Part shown: one piece after another, positions 28,878-39,188 of the stretch | How positions within the stretch are numbered: position 1 is the stretch's first letter | Layout of the letters: every line of letters begins with the position of its first letter | Source: Dehalococcoidia bacterium | GTDB taxonomy: Bacteria; Chloroflexota; Dehalococcoidia; SpSt-223 | Assembly: GCA_025054935.1 (NCBI GenBank) | Contig: JANWZD010000006.1 | Coordinates: forward strand, 24,228-88,227 | Direction of reading: 5' to 3' | Length of the DNA: 64,000 bases | The notes under the pieces: generated by a model | Databases searched by the model: none | What the model was told of the DNA's origin: nothing | The model's input: the letters and a program-made list of their open reading frames with translations, nothing else | Made by a program: the position numbers and the translations under genes

Positions 28878-29741
28878 ATGGAGCTGGCACACCCCGAGTA
28901 TCTGGTCGACTGCGCCTGGCTGCGCGATCACCTGAATGACCCGGCGGTACGCATTCTCGAATCGACGGTGCACCTGCGCCGCGAAGGCGACCAGATGATC
29001 CGGATCAGCGGGCGCTCCGAGTTTGAGACAGGCCATATTCCAGGCGCCCAATTCGCCGACCTCATCGAAGCGCTCTCCGACACTTCCAACCCGCTGCCCT
29101 TCATGTTGCCCTCGCCCGAGCAGTTCGCCCGCGAGGTCGGCCGTCTCGGGGTGAGCAACCGCCACCGCGTGATCTGCTATGACCGCGCTCACGGCACGTG
29201 GGCGACACGCTTATGGTGGATGTTCCGCGCTTTCGGGCACGACAACGTGGCAGTCCTGAACGGCGGCTATCGCGCGTGGCTCGCCGGCGGACATCCGGTC
29301 GAGACGGGAACAGTCCCGCCGTCGCCGGCCGTCTTCACTCCCCGCCTGCGGCCAGAGCTCGTTGCCGGCAAGCGTGAGGTGCTCGCCGCAATCGAGGATG
29401 GCGCTGTCTGCACGATCAACGCCCTCGCTCCCGAAGTGCATCGAGGGGAGACCGGGACGTATGCCCGGCGCGGACGCATCCCGAACAGCGTCAATGTGCC
29501 GGCGATGAGCCTGGTCGACCCCGAAACTTGCCTGCTCCGCCCCCCCGAGGAACTGAAGGCGCTGTTTGACGCCGTCGGCGCGCTGTCGCGGGAGCGGGTG
29601 ATCCTCTACTGCGGCGGCGGGATCGCGGCGACAATGGACGCCTTCGTCCTGACGCTCCTCGGGCATGACAATGTCGCAGTCTACGACGGCTCCCTCACCG
29701 AGTGGATGGCTGACGAATCGCTCCCGGTGGAGGTGGGCTGA
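28878..29741 (+). CDS. sseA: thiosulfate / 3-mercaptopyruvate sulfurtransferase (tandem rhodanese domains)
   Basis: ATG 28878 with SD GGAGGCAAGGAGG. Two rhodanese domains; active-site Cys in LYCGGGIAATM. Confidence 0.8.
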   Translation: MELAHPEYLVDCAWLRDHLNDPAVRILESTVHLRREGDQMIRISGRSEFETGHIPGAQFADLIEALSDTSNPLPFMLPSPEQFAREVGRLGVSNRHRVICYDRAHGTWATRLWWMFRAFGHDNVAVLNGGYRAWLAGGHPVETGTVPPSPAVFTPRLRPELVAGKREVLAAIEDGAVCTINALAPEVHRGETGTYARRGRIPNSVNVPAMSLVDPETCLLRPPEELKALFDAVGALSRERVILYCGGGIAATMDAFVLTLLGHDNVAVYDGSLTEWMADESLPVEVG

Positions 29742-29835
29742 GCGCGCCGGTCCGGCCGGCGCGCTCCTCTCCAAGGCGTGGGCGCGCCCTCTCTGCCGCT
29801 CGGAGGCGCGCGCCCGCAGCAGAGCGAAGCGCTGC

Positions 29836-31014
29836 TTACTTGACGGCGACCCGGTTCGGGATCCAGAACTCGGGCTTGTAGCTCTCGATCACCTGCCGGA
29901 AATAGCGGCGCAGCTCGCCGTGGAAGTCGGATTCGACGAACTCCTGAGCGTAGGGCTCGCCGTTGTCGCGGTTGTCGAACTCACGGAAGTAGCGGCTGAT
30001 AAGCGAGGTCGGCTTCGGCTGATTCGAGGGGAAATCGAACACCGCGAAGACCCCGCCCGGACGCAGGATGCGGTGGACCTCAGCAACAACCTGCTTCGAG
30101 ATCTCCCACGGAATTTCGTGGAAGAGCAGGTAGACGAGAACAATATCGAAATGATTGTCGGGGAAGCCGGTCCGTTCGGCAAGCCGCTGGGCGAAATGGA
30201 CCTCGATCCCAAGGTCGACCGCCCGCTTGTGGGCATAGCGCACCATGGGCGCGCCCAAATCGATTCCCCACACCTCCGCCTGCGGAAACCGTTCCTTGAA
30301 GGCGGTCGTGGCTTGGCCGACCCCACACGCAAGATCGAGAACGCGCTCCACGCGCCCGTCCGCCGGAACGGGCACCGCCTCAACGATCTCACGGTGGATG
30401 CCGTCGTTGTTGTTTTTGCCCGTATAGAACACTCGGGTTGCGACATGATAGAGGTAACCCGTCAGCGGGTCAGCGAAGTAGCCGCCGGGCTGGATGTGAA
30501 ATTCCACCCGCGAGAAATAGTCGGGATAGGGGAAGTTCGGGTCGTATTCGACTGTTCCCGGCCCCGAACGATCGGCGATCTCTAGTTCGCGCAGCAACTG
30601 CGGCTCCCGCTTGCGGAGCGCCTCGAGCGCGCCAGACCACATCATTTCTTGGTCCGACCGATGGAAGCGCGACCGGACCGCCATGATCGGCAATCGATCC
30701 AAGATCGCCTTGACTTCGAGAATATCCTCGAATTTCCGGCCGGCAAGACGTTCCGCCTCGGCGAGCGCCTCCTGCCCTTTCTGCCGCGCAACTGGATCGA
30801 GCTTTGCGAGGTTGAAGACCCGCAGCCCCTCCGCAAAATCGAGATACGCATCATCGTCTCGTTCTGCGCTGAGAGGAGTTGTTCCGAGAAAGCCCCGGTC
30901 GATCATTTGTCCCTCCGACGTCTCGCCGTCCCCCCGGAGACTGTACGATCCCTTGTCTTCGCCGGTCAATTGAACACATCGGAACATTTCGAGCGCGAAC
31001 TGGATGATCTTCAC
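29836..31014 (-). CDS. class I SAM-dependent methyltransferase with an N-terminal domain of unknown function
   Basis: 392 aa. SAM-binding motif VLDLACGVGQ in the C-terminal half. GTG start at 31014; the N-terminal ~180 aa is unassigned. Confidence 0.6.
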   Translation of the reverse strand: MKIIQFALEMFRCVQLTGEDKGSYSLRGDGETSEGQMIDRGFLGTTPLSAERDDDAYLDFAEGLRVFNLAKLDPVARQKGQEALAEAERLAGRKFEDILEVKAILDRLPIMAVRSRFHRSDQEMMWSGALEALRKREPQLLRELEIADRSGPGTVEYDPNFPYPDYFSRVEFHIQPGGYFADPLTGYLYHVATRVFYTGKNNNDGIHREIVEAVPVPADGRVERVLDLACGVGQATTAFKERFPQAEVWGIDLGAPMVRYAHKRAVDLGIEVHFAQRLAERTGFPDNHFDIVLVYLLFHEIPWEISKQVVAEVHRILRPGGVFAVFDFPSNQPKPTSLISRYFREFDNRDNGEPYAQEFVESDFHGELRRYFRQVIESYKPEFWIPNRVAVK

Positions 31015-31089
31015 CCGGATCAGGCCTGCGCCGGCAGAAGCGGGTCGCTACAATGAGGCGGCGGCACAGCGCTGCAGCAGGAGAGAAGG

Positions 31090-33477
31090 ATGGATGAGGA
31101 ACGAGCGCTCGCGCGGCTCCGCGTGCTCGACCTGACAGGACCAGCGGGGAGCTATGCGGGAAAGTTGTTCGCCGAGCTTGGGGCGGATGTTCTGAAAGTC
31201 GAGCCGCCCGGCGGGGATCCTGGCCGCACCTACGCGCCGCTCTCGGGCGAGCGGTCGCTCCACTGGTGGTATCACAACACCTCAAAGCGATCGGAGATCA
31301 TCGACCTCACCACCCCAGCCGGCCGCCAGCGGCTGTGGCAGCTCGTCGAAACGGCCGACGTGCTCCTCGATACCGACCCGTGGGTCCTAGAGGCTGCGGG
31401 CTTCACGGAAGAAGCGGTCGCGCGCCGAAACCGGCGGCTGATTTGGGGCAGCCTCACCCCCTTCGGGTTGACGGGCCCGCGACGCCACTGGAAAGCAACC
31501 GACCTTATTGCCTCGGCGCTTGGGGGGCTGCTCTATCTCGGCGGCATGCCCGACCGTCCGCCATCGTGGCCGGGAGGGGAGCAGTCCTACCTGCTCGGAG
31601 CGAATGCGTTAGCGGTCGGGGTGATGCTCGCGCTCCTCGCCCGGATCAAAACTGGCGAAGGGCAGCGCGTTGACGTCTCGCTGCAGGAAGCAACCCTCGT
31701 CGCGACCGAGAATGCGATCGGCTTCTGGACCTTTCTCGGTCAGGTGCGCAGGCGCCTTGGAACGCGCAGCTTTGGCGGCCCGAAGATGATCTGGTCGACC
31801 GCCGACGGCTGGGTTGCCGCCCATATCGGCGGCCGCTGGGATGACCTGCTCGACTGGATGGAGACGCACGGCGTCGAGACACGCCGGTTCCGTTCTCCAG
31901 AATGGTACGACAACGACTACCGGCGCGCTCACTTCGACGAATTCGAACCCGTGCTCCAAGAGATGCTCAACCGGCTGCCCAAGGAGCAAGCGTACGCCGA
32001 GGGACAGCGGGCGCGGATCGTCTTCGGTCCCATTCGCACCATGGCCGAAGTGCGGCAGGATATCCAGCTGAACGCGCGCGACTTCTTTGTCGACCTGCCG
32101 ACCCCCGAGGGGCCCGTCACGAGCGCCGGCGCTCCCTATCGGCTCTCTGTCACCCCGTGGCGGCTTGGCGGCCCCGCCCCTGCTCCCGGCGAGGGGGCTG
32201 GAGACTGGCGGGAACCTCCTGTCGACGAGCCCGTTCGCCCCAGCCCTCCCGATGCGTTCGGCCGGCTCCCCTTGAGCGGCATCCGCATCGTCGACTTCGG
32301 CACCAACGTCGTCGTTCCCCTCACCTGCAAGCTGCTTGCCTCATTCGGCGCCGAGGTGATCAAAGCCGAAGGACGCTCTCGGCCCGAAGGCCAGCGCAAC
32401 ACCCCGGTGCCCCGCTCGCCGCGCGCCGATACGCTGAATACGAACTGGCTGTTCCTCAATGTCAACACTGACAAGCGGTCGCTCGCCGTCAACATGACCG
32501 TGCCCGAGGCGCAGCAGCTGGTCAGGGAGATCATCGCCCAATCGGATATTGTGATCGACAACTTCGGCGTCGACCCTCTGCCGAAGTGGGGCATGAGCGC
32601 CGAGGAGCTTTTCCGCCTCCGGCCAGACCTGATCATCGTCCGCTGCTCGGTGCACGGGCGGACAGGACCGCTCTCGAACTACGTCGGGCTGGGCAACTCG
32701 ATCATGGCAGTCGCCGGGCTGAACTCGATCACCGGCTTCGCGGGCGACCCGCCGGTCGGAACGTGCACCGCCCATCCCGACTACAGTTCAAACGCCCACC
32801 ACGCCCTCTTCTCCATCCTCGCAGCGCTGTACTACCGCGAACGGACAGGCCGCGGACAGGTGATCGACCTCTCTCAGACCGAATCGACGGTCGCTTGGCT
32901 CGGGCCGGCGCTGCTCGAATACACGGTGAACCATCGCGTTCCGGGGCAGCCGAACAACCGCCATCCCCAGATGGCGCCCCATGGCGTCTATCCCGCTGCC
33001 GGCGACGACCGCTGGATCGCCATCGCCTGCCCCAGCGACGCAGAATGGCGCGCGCTTGCCGCTCAGATCGATCCCGCTCTGCTCGATGATCCGCGCTTCC
33101 GTACCCTCGCCGACCGCAAGGCAAACGAAGACCTGCTCGACGCCCTCATCCGGGATTGGACGGTCTCCCAGGAGCCGTTTGCGCTGATGGAGCGCCTGCA
33201 GGCAGCGGGGGTCCCTGCCGGCGTCGCCCAGACCGGCCAAGATCTCGTCGAGCGCGACGAGCACCTTGCGGCGCGAGGCGCTTTCACTCTCCTCGACCAT
33301 GAAGAGGCGGGACCCGTGACGGTTATCTCGCCGCACTTCCGCCTGTCGCGGACTCCGGGGCGGATCGGCGCGCCGCCGCCGCTCCTCGGCGAGGATAACG
33401 ACTGGGTCCTGACCGAACTGCTGGCGCTCGACGAGGAGCGGGTCGCCCAGCTCTACATCGCCGGCGCAGTCGAGTAG
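31090..33477 (+). CDS. tandem-fused double CaiB/BaiF family III CoA-transferase (two complete CoA-transferase domains in one 795 aa protein)
   Basis: Two copies of the family III N-terminal signature: LRVLDLTGPAGSYAGKLFAELGADVLKVEPPGGDPGR (aa ~12) and IRIVDFGTNVVVPLTCKLLASFGAEVIKAEG (aa ~400). Each is followed by a full-length domain. Confidence 0.75.
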   Translation: MDEERALARLRVLDLTGPAGSYAGKLFAELGADVLKVEPPGGDPGRTYAPLSGERSLHWWYHNTSKRSEIIDLTTPAGRQRLWQLVETADVLLDTDPWVLEAAGFTEEAVARRNRRLIWGSLTPFGLTGPRRHWKATDLIASALGGLLYLGGMPDRPPSWPGGEQSYLLGANALAVGVMLALLARIKTGEGQRVDVSLQEATLVATENAIGFWTFLGQVRRRLGTRSFGGPKMIWSTADGWVAAHIGGRWDDLLDWMETHGVETRRFRSPEWYDNDYRRAHFDEFEPVLQEMLNRLPKEQAYAEGQRARIVFGPIRTMAEVRQDIQLNARDFFVDLPTPEGPVTSAGAPYRLSVTPWRLGGPAPAPGEGAGDWREPPVDEPVRPSPPDAFGRLPLSGIRIVDFGTNVVVPLTCKLLASFGAEVIKAEGRSRPEGQRNTPVPRSPRADTLNTNWLFLNVNTDKRSLAVNMTVPEAQQLVREIIAQSDIVIDNFGVDPLPKWGMSAEELFRLRPDLIIVRCSVHGRTGPLSNYVGLGNSIMAVAGLNSITGFAGDPPVGTCTAHPDYSSNAHHALFSILAALYYRERTGRGQVIDLSQTESTVAWLGPALLEYTVNHRVPGQPNNRHPQMAPHGVYPAAGDDRWIAIACPSDAEWRALAAQIDPALLDDPRFRTLADRKANEDLLDALIRDWTVSQEPFALMERLQAAGVPAGVAQTGQDLVERDEHLAARGAFTLLDHEEAGPVTVISPHFRLSRTPGRIGAPPPLLGEDNDWVLTELLALDEERVAQLYIAGAVE

Positions 33478-33492
33478 GAGAGGCGGCGGACA

Positions 33493-35268
33493 CTATGCCG
33501 GCCGTCGGGGAAGACGAGGCAAGCGGAGCCGGCTGACCATCCTGCCGCTCCCCCGCTGGCGGTCCTCAGCCGCTCCCGAGCGCCGCCGGGCCGCTCTGAC
33601 GATGAGGACGGCGAGCGCGACCGCAACGAGAAGTGCGCCGAGCTCTACGCGGGGGATGAAGAGGAAGACGCCGAGGAGGAGGAGCAGGAAGCGGCTGGCA
33701 GCGCCGAGCGGCGCGCGGGTTCCAAGCGCGAGGCCGACCGCCAGCGCCGCCGCGCCTTCGACGACGAGGATCAGGGCGGCATCGGGCCCCCGCTCGAGAA
33801 ATGCCGCACGCGTCGCCACAAGCGCTGCGAGCAGCAGCGGTATCGCCCAGACAATGCGGCCGAAGAGGGCGCGCGCTTTCCATCGTCCGGCGAGGACACT
33901 CGCTCCGCCAATCCAGAAGAGCGCCGCCACGATTGCGCCCGGCGGGTCGGGGAGCGCACCCCAGCTGATGAGAATGACAACGCCGACCGCCGCTGCCGGC
34001 AGGAACAGCAGTCCCGCTATCAGCGCGAGGAGGCTGAAGAGCAGCGCTTCCATCATGGGCGCAACGCTGAACCAGCGCTGGCCAAGCGCAGCCAGCAGCC
34101 CGCTCACCTCGTTCAGCCGCTCGACCAGAGCGAGGAAGAGCAGAAGCGCGCCCGCAAGCGGCACGTGCCGAGCCGCCCAGCCGAGGCCGGCGAGCAGGTC
34201 GCGCACAGTCGCCCACCGCGGCCGGGCGATCAGCGCGCCGCCGGCAGCAATCGCCGCCGCTGTTCCGAAACTGACCGCGGGGGAAAGCAGAGCGAGCAGG
34301 CCGAGCAGCGCGGCCGGCGCGGCAAGGACCATCGCTATCCCGAGCGTGGCCGGCGCGAGCGGCGGAAGGGCCGGGAGCGGCGGCGGCCAAACCCAGCGCC
34401 AGCGATCGGCGCGCCGCCGCCCGACGACGATCAGGAGAGCGAGCGCTGCCGGCGGCACGAGGCGCCACGCGATCTCTCCGACCCCGCCGAGCGCCTGCCC
34501 TGCGAGCAGCGCGCCGAGCCCAAGCGCAGGCGGGGTGAGCGGAAGCAGCGCGTACAGGGTCGGAAGGGCACCCGCGCCGGCACGGCCGTCCGGCGCGACG
34601 AGGAACGGCGCGCTGAGCGCCGTCGCCGCCGGCGCGGCGCCGTAGGGACGAAGGAGGGCAGCCAAGCGTGGAACAAGCCGCGCCCCCACCATGCTGCCGG
34701 CAAAGAGGACGATGGGCGCGACCCACTCGCTGAGCAGAGCGAACGACGAGGCGAAAAGCCCGCCCGCGCCGTAGAACAGCGCGGATGCCTCAGCGACAAG
34801 ATCGAGCGGGGCAGCGCGCAGCGGCTCGGGCAAGCGGTCGCGGAAGGCCAAGGCGGCGGTCCAGCCGACCACGCCAAGCAGCGCCGGCCAGCCTGCCGCG
34901 CGCCGCCCCGCTTCAGCAAGCGCAAGCAGGAACACAGCCGCCACCAGCGTGTCGGTCCAACTGGGCACGCCGCCGGCGCCGAGGCGGAGGAGCGCCTCAT
35001 GCCGATAGGCGAGAGCGCCGACAACCAGCGCCGCAAGCAGCAGGTCGAGGGGGGCGATCGCTCCGCGCTGACCGGTCGGTGCCGCAGCAAGGAACGTCGC
35101 CACGAGCGCCCCGCCGATAAGCACCGTCGGATCCTGCTCGCCCGCGAGGATCAGCAGCAAGAACCCGACCGCGCCAAGCGCGGCGAGCCAGCGTCCTGCC
35201 TTCCCCACGAGGCTGCTCTCTGCCGGAGGAGGCGGCTGCAAAGCCGGGAACGGGCGAACGCGACCCAT
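33493..35268 (-). CDS. polytopic membrane protein (Ala/Leu/Gly-rich; possible transporter permease, family unassigned)
   Basis: Very hydrophobic ~590 aa product. Start set at internal ATG 35268 (MGRVRPF...), because the track start 35436 would overlap the divergent cupin gene. Function unknown. Confidence 0.4.
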   Translation of the reverse strand: MGRVRPFPALQPPPPAESSLVGKAGRWLAALGAVGFLLLILAGEQDPTVLIGGALVATFLAAAPTGQRGAIAPLDLLLAALVVGALAYRHEALLRLGAGGVPSWTDTLVAAVFLLALAEAGRRAAGWPALLGVVGWTAALAFRDRLPEPLRAAPLDLVAEASALFYGAGGLFASSFALLSEWVAPIVLFAGSMVGARLVPRLAALLRPYGAAPAATALSAPFLVAPDGRAGAGALPTLYALLPLTPPALGLGALLAGQALGGVGEIAWRLVPPAALALLIVVGRRRADRWRWVWPPPLPALPPLAPATLGIAMVLAAPAALLGLLALLSPAVSFGTAAAIAAGGALIARPRWATVRDLLAGLGWAARHVPLAGALLLFLALVERLNEVSGLLAALGQRWFSVAPMMEALLFSLLALIAGLLFLPAAAVGVVILISWGALPDPPGAIVAALFWIGGASVLAGRWKARALFGRIVWAIPLLLAALVATRAAFLERGPDAALILVVEGAAALAVGLALGTRAPLGAASRFLLLLLGVFLFIPRVELGALLVAVALAVLIVRAARRRSGAAEDRQRGSGRMVSRLRLPRLPRRPA

Positions 35269-35352
35269 TGGCGGGATTATGCCGTTCCCCGCTCCCGCTC
35301 GTCGCCTGTTGACAGCGCGTGCCGCCGTCGGTAGCCTCCTCTCGGAGGCACG

Positions 35353-36120
35353 ATGACCCGCCCGCTGATCGATTTCATCCACGTTGACTCGCTGCCGTGG
35401 CAGCAAGAGCGCTCGCCGAGCGCCAATCAGCCTCACCGCTATCGGCGTCTCAGCGAAGACGAGGAAACGGGAGAGCAGACGCTGCTCGTCGAGCTTCCGG
35501 CCGGCTGGCGCATGACGGACGATGGGTGGCTCGACGTCGATGACGAACTGTTTCTTCTCGGCGGCGACCTCACGCTGAACGGCGAGCGCCTAACGAAGTA
35601 CAGCTATCTCTTCATCCCTGCCGGCCAGCTGCGGCGCGGTGTCCGGAGTGAGGGAGGAGCGCGCCTGCTTCAATTTCGACGCGCCGCCGCAGCCTTCCAC
35701 CCGGCAGCGGCGGACAGCCCCCAAGCTGACCTGACGCGAGCGATTGGCCCGCTCAATCTCCGAACGATGCCGTACGAGCGGCCCCAGACGCCCAACTTCC
35801 CTGCCGGAGCAGGCCGCAAGACGCTCCGACGCGACCCCGTGATGGGCGACGGCTTCTGGGTCATCGCGCTGCTGCCGCATTGGATCAGCCCGTTGACGGA
35901 GAAGCACACCTTCAGCGAGGAGAACTACGTCCTCGAAGGCGAGATCGAGACGAGCGTCGGCGTGATGACGCCCGGCGCCTATCTCCATCACCCGCCGGGG
36001 GCCGTTCATGGACCGATGCGCTCGCGGCCCGGCTGTCTCATCATCACGCGGGCGGGCGGGCCGTTCCACACCGACTACGAGCCTGTTTCCGGCGACTACG
36101 CCTTTCCGGAAGAAGTGTGA
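35353..36120 (+). CDS. cupin-fold protein (ChrR-like / DUF4437-like bicupin)
   Basis: ATG 35353 with GGAGG SD. Cupin-type motifs (GDLTLNGERL...YLFIPAG; GEIETSVG...HHPPGAVHGP). Its stop overlaps the next gene's start (TGATG). Confidence 0.5.
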   Translation: MTRPLIDFIHVDSLPWQQERSPSANQPHRYRRLSEDEETGEQTLLVELPAGWRMTDDGWLDVDDELFLLGGDLTLNGERLTKYSYLFIPAGQLRRGVRSEGGARLLQFRRAAAAFHPAAADSPQADLTRAIGPLNLRTMPYERPQTPNFPAGAGRKTLRRDPVMGDGFWVIALLPHWISPLTEKHTFSEENYVLEGEIETSVGVMTPGAYLHHPPGAVHGPMRSRPGCLIITRAGGPFHTDYEPVSGDYAFPEEV

Positions 36121-37064
36121 TGAACGCGGTCCGATTCGGGACGCGCCTCGAAATGGGGCTGCCGAACTACGAAGCGGTGCGCGACCATGCCCGGCTTGCC
36201 GAGCGGCTTGGCTACGAAGCGGTCTGGGCACGCGACCACGTCTCCCTAGAAGATGTCACCGGCGAAGCGACCTGTCTCGAGTGCTGGACCGTCCTCTCGG
36301 CGCTTGCCCGCGACACGACGTCGATCCTGCTCGGAAGCTTGGTCCTCTGCGTGCCCTTTCGGAATCCGGCGCTGCTCGCCAAGATGGCGTCGACCCTGCA
36401 GCTTGCGAGCAACGGACGGCTCATTCTCGGCCTCGGCGCTGGGCATGTCCGGTCTGAGTTCGACGAATACGGCTACGACTTTCCCTCGCCCGGCGACCGC
36501 GTGCGGATGCTCCAGGAGGCAGTCGAAATCATCCGGCTGATGTGGACGGAGCGGCGGCCGAGCTACAGAGGGCGGTTTTTTCGAATCGCCAACGCGCTGA
36601 ACGAGCCGAAGCCGACCCCGATCCCGCCGCTCATGATCGGCGCGACCCGACCGCGCGCCCTGCGCGTTGTCGCCCGCCACGCCGACCTGTGGAACAGCCC
36701 CGACGATATCGAGGGTTTTCTCGCCGGCCGCGAAGAACTGCTGCGCGCTTGCGAGGAAGTCGGACGCGATCCTGCCGAGATCCGCATGGTCGCCCGCCTC
36801 TCCGTCATCGTCGACCGAGACGAGGCAGCCGCCAAACGCCGCCATGAGCGGGTGTGTGAGGCGCGCACAGGGCAGCCGTACTTGCGCCATCGCATTCTCG
36901 TTGGCACGCCGGAGCAGATTGCCGAGCGGGTGGCCCCCCTCGTCGCTGGCGGCGTGCGCGACTTCATCACCGCTTTCTGGGAGACCGACCGCCAAGCCGA
37001 GTGCCTCGAACAGTTCATGACCGAGGTTGCGCCCCTCATCCGCCAGCACGCTGCCGCCCGATAG
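36120..37064 (+). CDS. LLM-class flavin/F420-dependent oxidoreductase
   Basis: ATG 36120 (MNAVRFGT). The track's longer in-frame ORF from 35880 is an artefactual extension. Signatures LGYEAVWARDH and LILGLGAGH. Confidence 0.7.
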   Translation: MNAVRFGTRLEMGLPNYEAVRDHARLAERLGYEAVWARDHVSLEDVTGEATCLECWTVLSALARDTTSILLGSLVLCVPFRNPALLAKMASTLQLASNGRLILGLGAGHVRSEFDEYGYDFPSPGDRVRMLQEAVEIIRLMWTERRPSYRGRFFRIANALNEPKPTPIPPLMIGATRPRALRVVARHADLWNSPDDIEGFLAGREELLRACEEVGRDPAEIRMVARLSVIVDRDEAAAKRRHERVCEARTGQPYLRHRILVGTPEQIAERVAPLVAGGVRDFITAFWETDRQAECLEQFMTEVAPLIRQHAAAR

Positions 37065-37135
37065 CAGCTGCGAATACTTTACACCGCACGTTCCGCGGAG
37101 TAGAGTGAGCAGCAAAGAAGGGAAATGGGGGAACG

Positions 37136-37540
37136 ATGAGAAGCATAGCACGGCTTCGGCTGGAAGCGCTGAGCGCATTTGCGCGCCTGCTGCGCTCGTT
37201 TAGCGACCACGGCCTCGGGGCGCTGGAACGAGCCGCGCGCGACGCTCGGCTGGTCCGGGGCGTCTGGTCCGCTGCGGACGCCGGGTGTCCGCTCTCCTGC
37301 GCCGATGGCGTGCTGGGACGGAGCGGCGCGCGGCGCTTCTTCTGGCAGGCTCACGACCGCAACCGTTTTGTCACCGCGTGGGACGCCGGGCTTGTCTCCG
37401 CTGCCGACGTGGCGGCGCTCGTCCAGCTCGAGCGCGAGCGGCGAGCGCGCGCTTGGCAGCGGCGAGCGCGCATCCGGTCCCTTGCCCGCCGCCTTGCTGA
37501 ACGCTTCAGCCCTGCGCCCTCACCACCGGCACACGCCTAG
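37136..37540 (+). CDS. hypothetical protein (Arg/Ala-rich; doubtful)
   Basis: 134 aa ORF with a weak SD and no recognisable domain. May be non-coding or part of a decayed gene region. Confidence 0.2.
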   Translation: MRSIARLRLEALSAFARLLRSFSDHGLGALERAARDARLVRGVWSAADAGCPLSCADGVLGRSGARRFFWQAHDRNRFVTAWDAGLVSAADVAALVQLERERRARAWQRRARIRSLARRLAERFSPAPSPPAHA

Positions 37541-37559
37541 AGCAGGTCGCGCCGCGCGC

Positions 37560-37865
37560 GTGACGTCGGCACCGCGGCAGGCGCACCTTCAGGCGTCATC
37601 GCGGACAACGCCCAAACGATCAACGGGCTCCGCTCCGGTGAGCTCGACCTTGCGCTCCTGCACACTCGACCCGGCCCTCGGCGAGCGCGACCCAGCGCGC
37701 CGGGCAGAGCTGTATCGACAGGCTGTCCGCCTCGAGCGCGACGCCGTCACGGTCATTTATACCGTGCTCGTCCATCAGTTCCACGTCCACCCGCCGTCGA
37801 TCGCGGGGCTCCAGATCCCCCTTGGGGTCTACTTCCATCTCGACTCCGCCTACCGCACGCAATAG
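37560..37865 (+). pseudogene. remnant of a family-5 (peptide/nickel) ABC substrate-binding protein gene; C-terminal ~75-100 codons only
   Basis: The frame ending at TAG 37863-37865 encodes DPALGERDPARRAELYRQAVRLERDAVTVIYTVLVHQFHVHPPSIAGLQIPLGVYFHLDSAYRTQ. This matches the characteristic C-terminus of SBP_bac_5 proteins. No N-terminal 450 aa, signal peptide or permease genes are present. Confidence 0.35.
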
Positions 37866-37928
37866 CCGCGATCGTGCTCCGGAGGCGCTTCTTCGCCGAG
37901 GGCGAGCGTCCGGCCCGAGCGGAGCGGC

Positions 37929-39188
37929 CTAGAACGCCGGCTGGTTGATGCCGGCAATCAGCCGCGCCGCATACTCCAGCAGCACGTTCCGCCGCGCTTC
38001 TTCCACTCCTCGTGCCTTGAGATACAGTTCCAGCGCCTCGAGGGGGGCGAGCTGCTCGGCGAGCACGTCGGGCAGAGCGTGTGCCGGCGCGGACTCGACG
38101 ATGCGGGCGATCGCGGCGACATAGTGCGCCTCGCGGAGCGCGCGACGGACATCGGCGACGCGAAACTGGCGCTCGTTCTCACTCGACAACCGCACGCGGA
38201 CGCGCACCACGGCTTCTTGGATCTGGTCAGCGTGCTGCTCGATCTGCTTGAGCACGAGGCGGGTCGGATCATCGGCCTGCGAGGCGTCGACGCTGAGGGT
38301 GAAAAACCGGCGCGCGGCCGCGCTCGGCACGAACCGCCAGCGCACGGTATAGGGACGGTCGCCCGCCGAGTGAGGCTCGAAGCTGAGGCGGAGGAACCCC
38401 TTCTCCTCGCCCTCCTCGCTGAAGTCGGCGCGCTGGAGCGACCCGGGGTAGATCGCCGGGGGATGGTCGTGCACCTGCTGCATCTTATGGATATGCCCGA
38501 GCGCAACATAGTCAAAATGGGTGAGGCAGAGATCGCCGAGGGAAAGGATGTAGTCGTGGCCGAGGGTCGTTGCGCGTTCGGAGCCGAAGGTCGCGCCGTA
38601 GACCTGAGCATGGATGGCGAGGATCGAGGGGAGGCGCGGATCGAGGTCGGCCACCCGGAGCCGAACGAACTCCGTCAGTTTCTGCACTAGGCGCTGGTTC
38701 AGTTCGTCAAGAGTAAGGTTCCTCGCCTCGTCCTGCCGGAGGAGACGGCTGCGCGGCGCCCACGGCAGGGCGAGGACCTGCACCGGGCCGGCCTTTGTTT
38801 CAATCCGGAGCAGGGTGGGGCGGCCCGCGACATAGACGCTCGTGAGCGGCAGCGCCTCGAACACTTCGATGGAATGGGCGCGCACGGGCGAATTGGGGAG
38901 ATCATGATTGCCCACCAGCATGAACAGGGGCACGCCCTCGCGACAGAGCCGAGCGATCCGCTTGGCCAGCTCGCGCTGATGCGTTGGGCTGGGGTCGCGG
39001 CTCTTATACATATCGCCAGTGAAGAGCACAAGATCGACCTGCTCCTCCAGCGCCGTGTTGACGACTTCGTCGAGCGCTCTCAGGCAATCGACAAGACGGC
39101 TAGGAAGCCCGGTGTCAGTATCTATCCGGCTGTAGTTTTCGAGCCCAAGATGGACATCGGAAAAATGCAGGACCTCTAGCCGGCGCAT
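37929..39188 (-). CDS. sbcD: Mre11/SbcD-family DNA repair exonuclease (calcineurin-like metallophosphoesterase)
   Basis: Phosphoesterase motifs [19 protein letters not shown] and GNHD in the N-terminal half; 419 aa. Start overlaps the glyQS 3' end by 13 nt. No sbcC-like ATPase gene adjacent. Confidence 0.7.
   Translation of the reverse strand: MRRLEVLHFSDVHLGLENYSRIDTDTGLPSRLVDCLRALDEVVNTALEEQVDLVLFTGDMYKSRDPSPTHQRELAKRIARLCREGVPLFMLVGNHDLPNSPVRAHSIEVFEALPLTSVYVAGRPTLLRIETKAGPVQVLALPWAPRSRLLRQDEARNLTLDELNQRLVQKLTEFVRLRVADLDPRLPSILAIHAQVYGATFGSERATTLGHDYILSLGDLCLTHFDYVALGHIHKMQQVHDHPPAIYPGSLQRADFSEEGEEKGFLRLSFEPHSAGDRPYTVRWRFVPSAAARRFFTLSVDASQADDPTRLVLKQIEQHADQIQEAVVRVRVRLSSENERQFRVADVRRALREAHYVAAIARIVESAPAHALPDVLAEQLAPLEALELYLKARGVEEARRNVLLEYAARLIAGINQPAF

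Noticed and set aside
37620-37862. 72-80 aa minus-strand ORF (MEVDPKGDLEPRDRR...)
   Set aside because: Antisense to the SBP-remnant frame, with a weak start context and no homology features. Probably non-coding.
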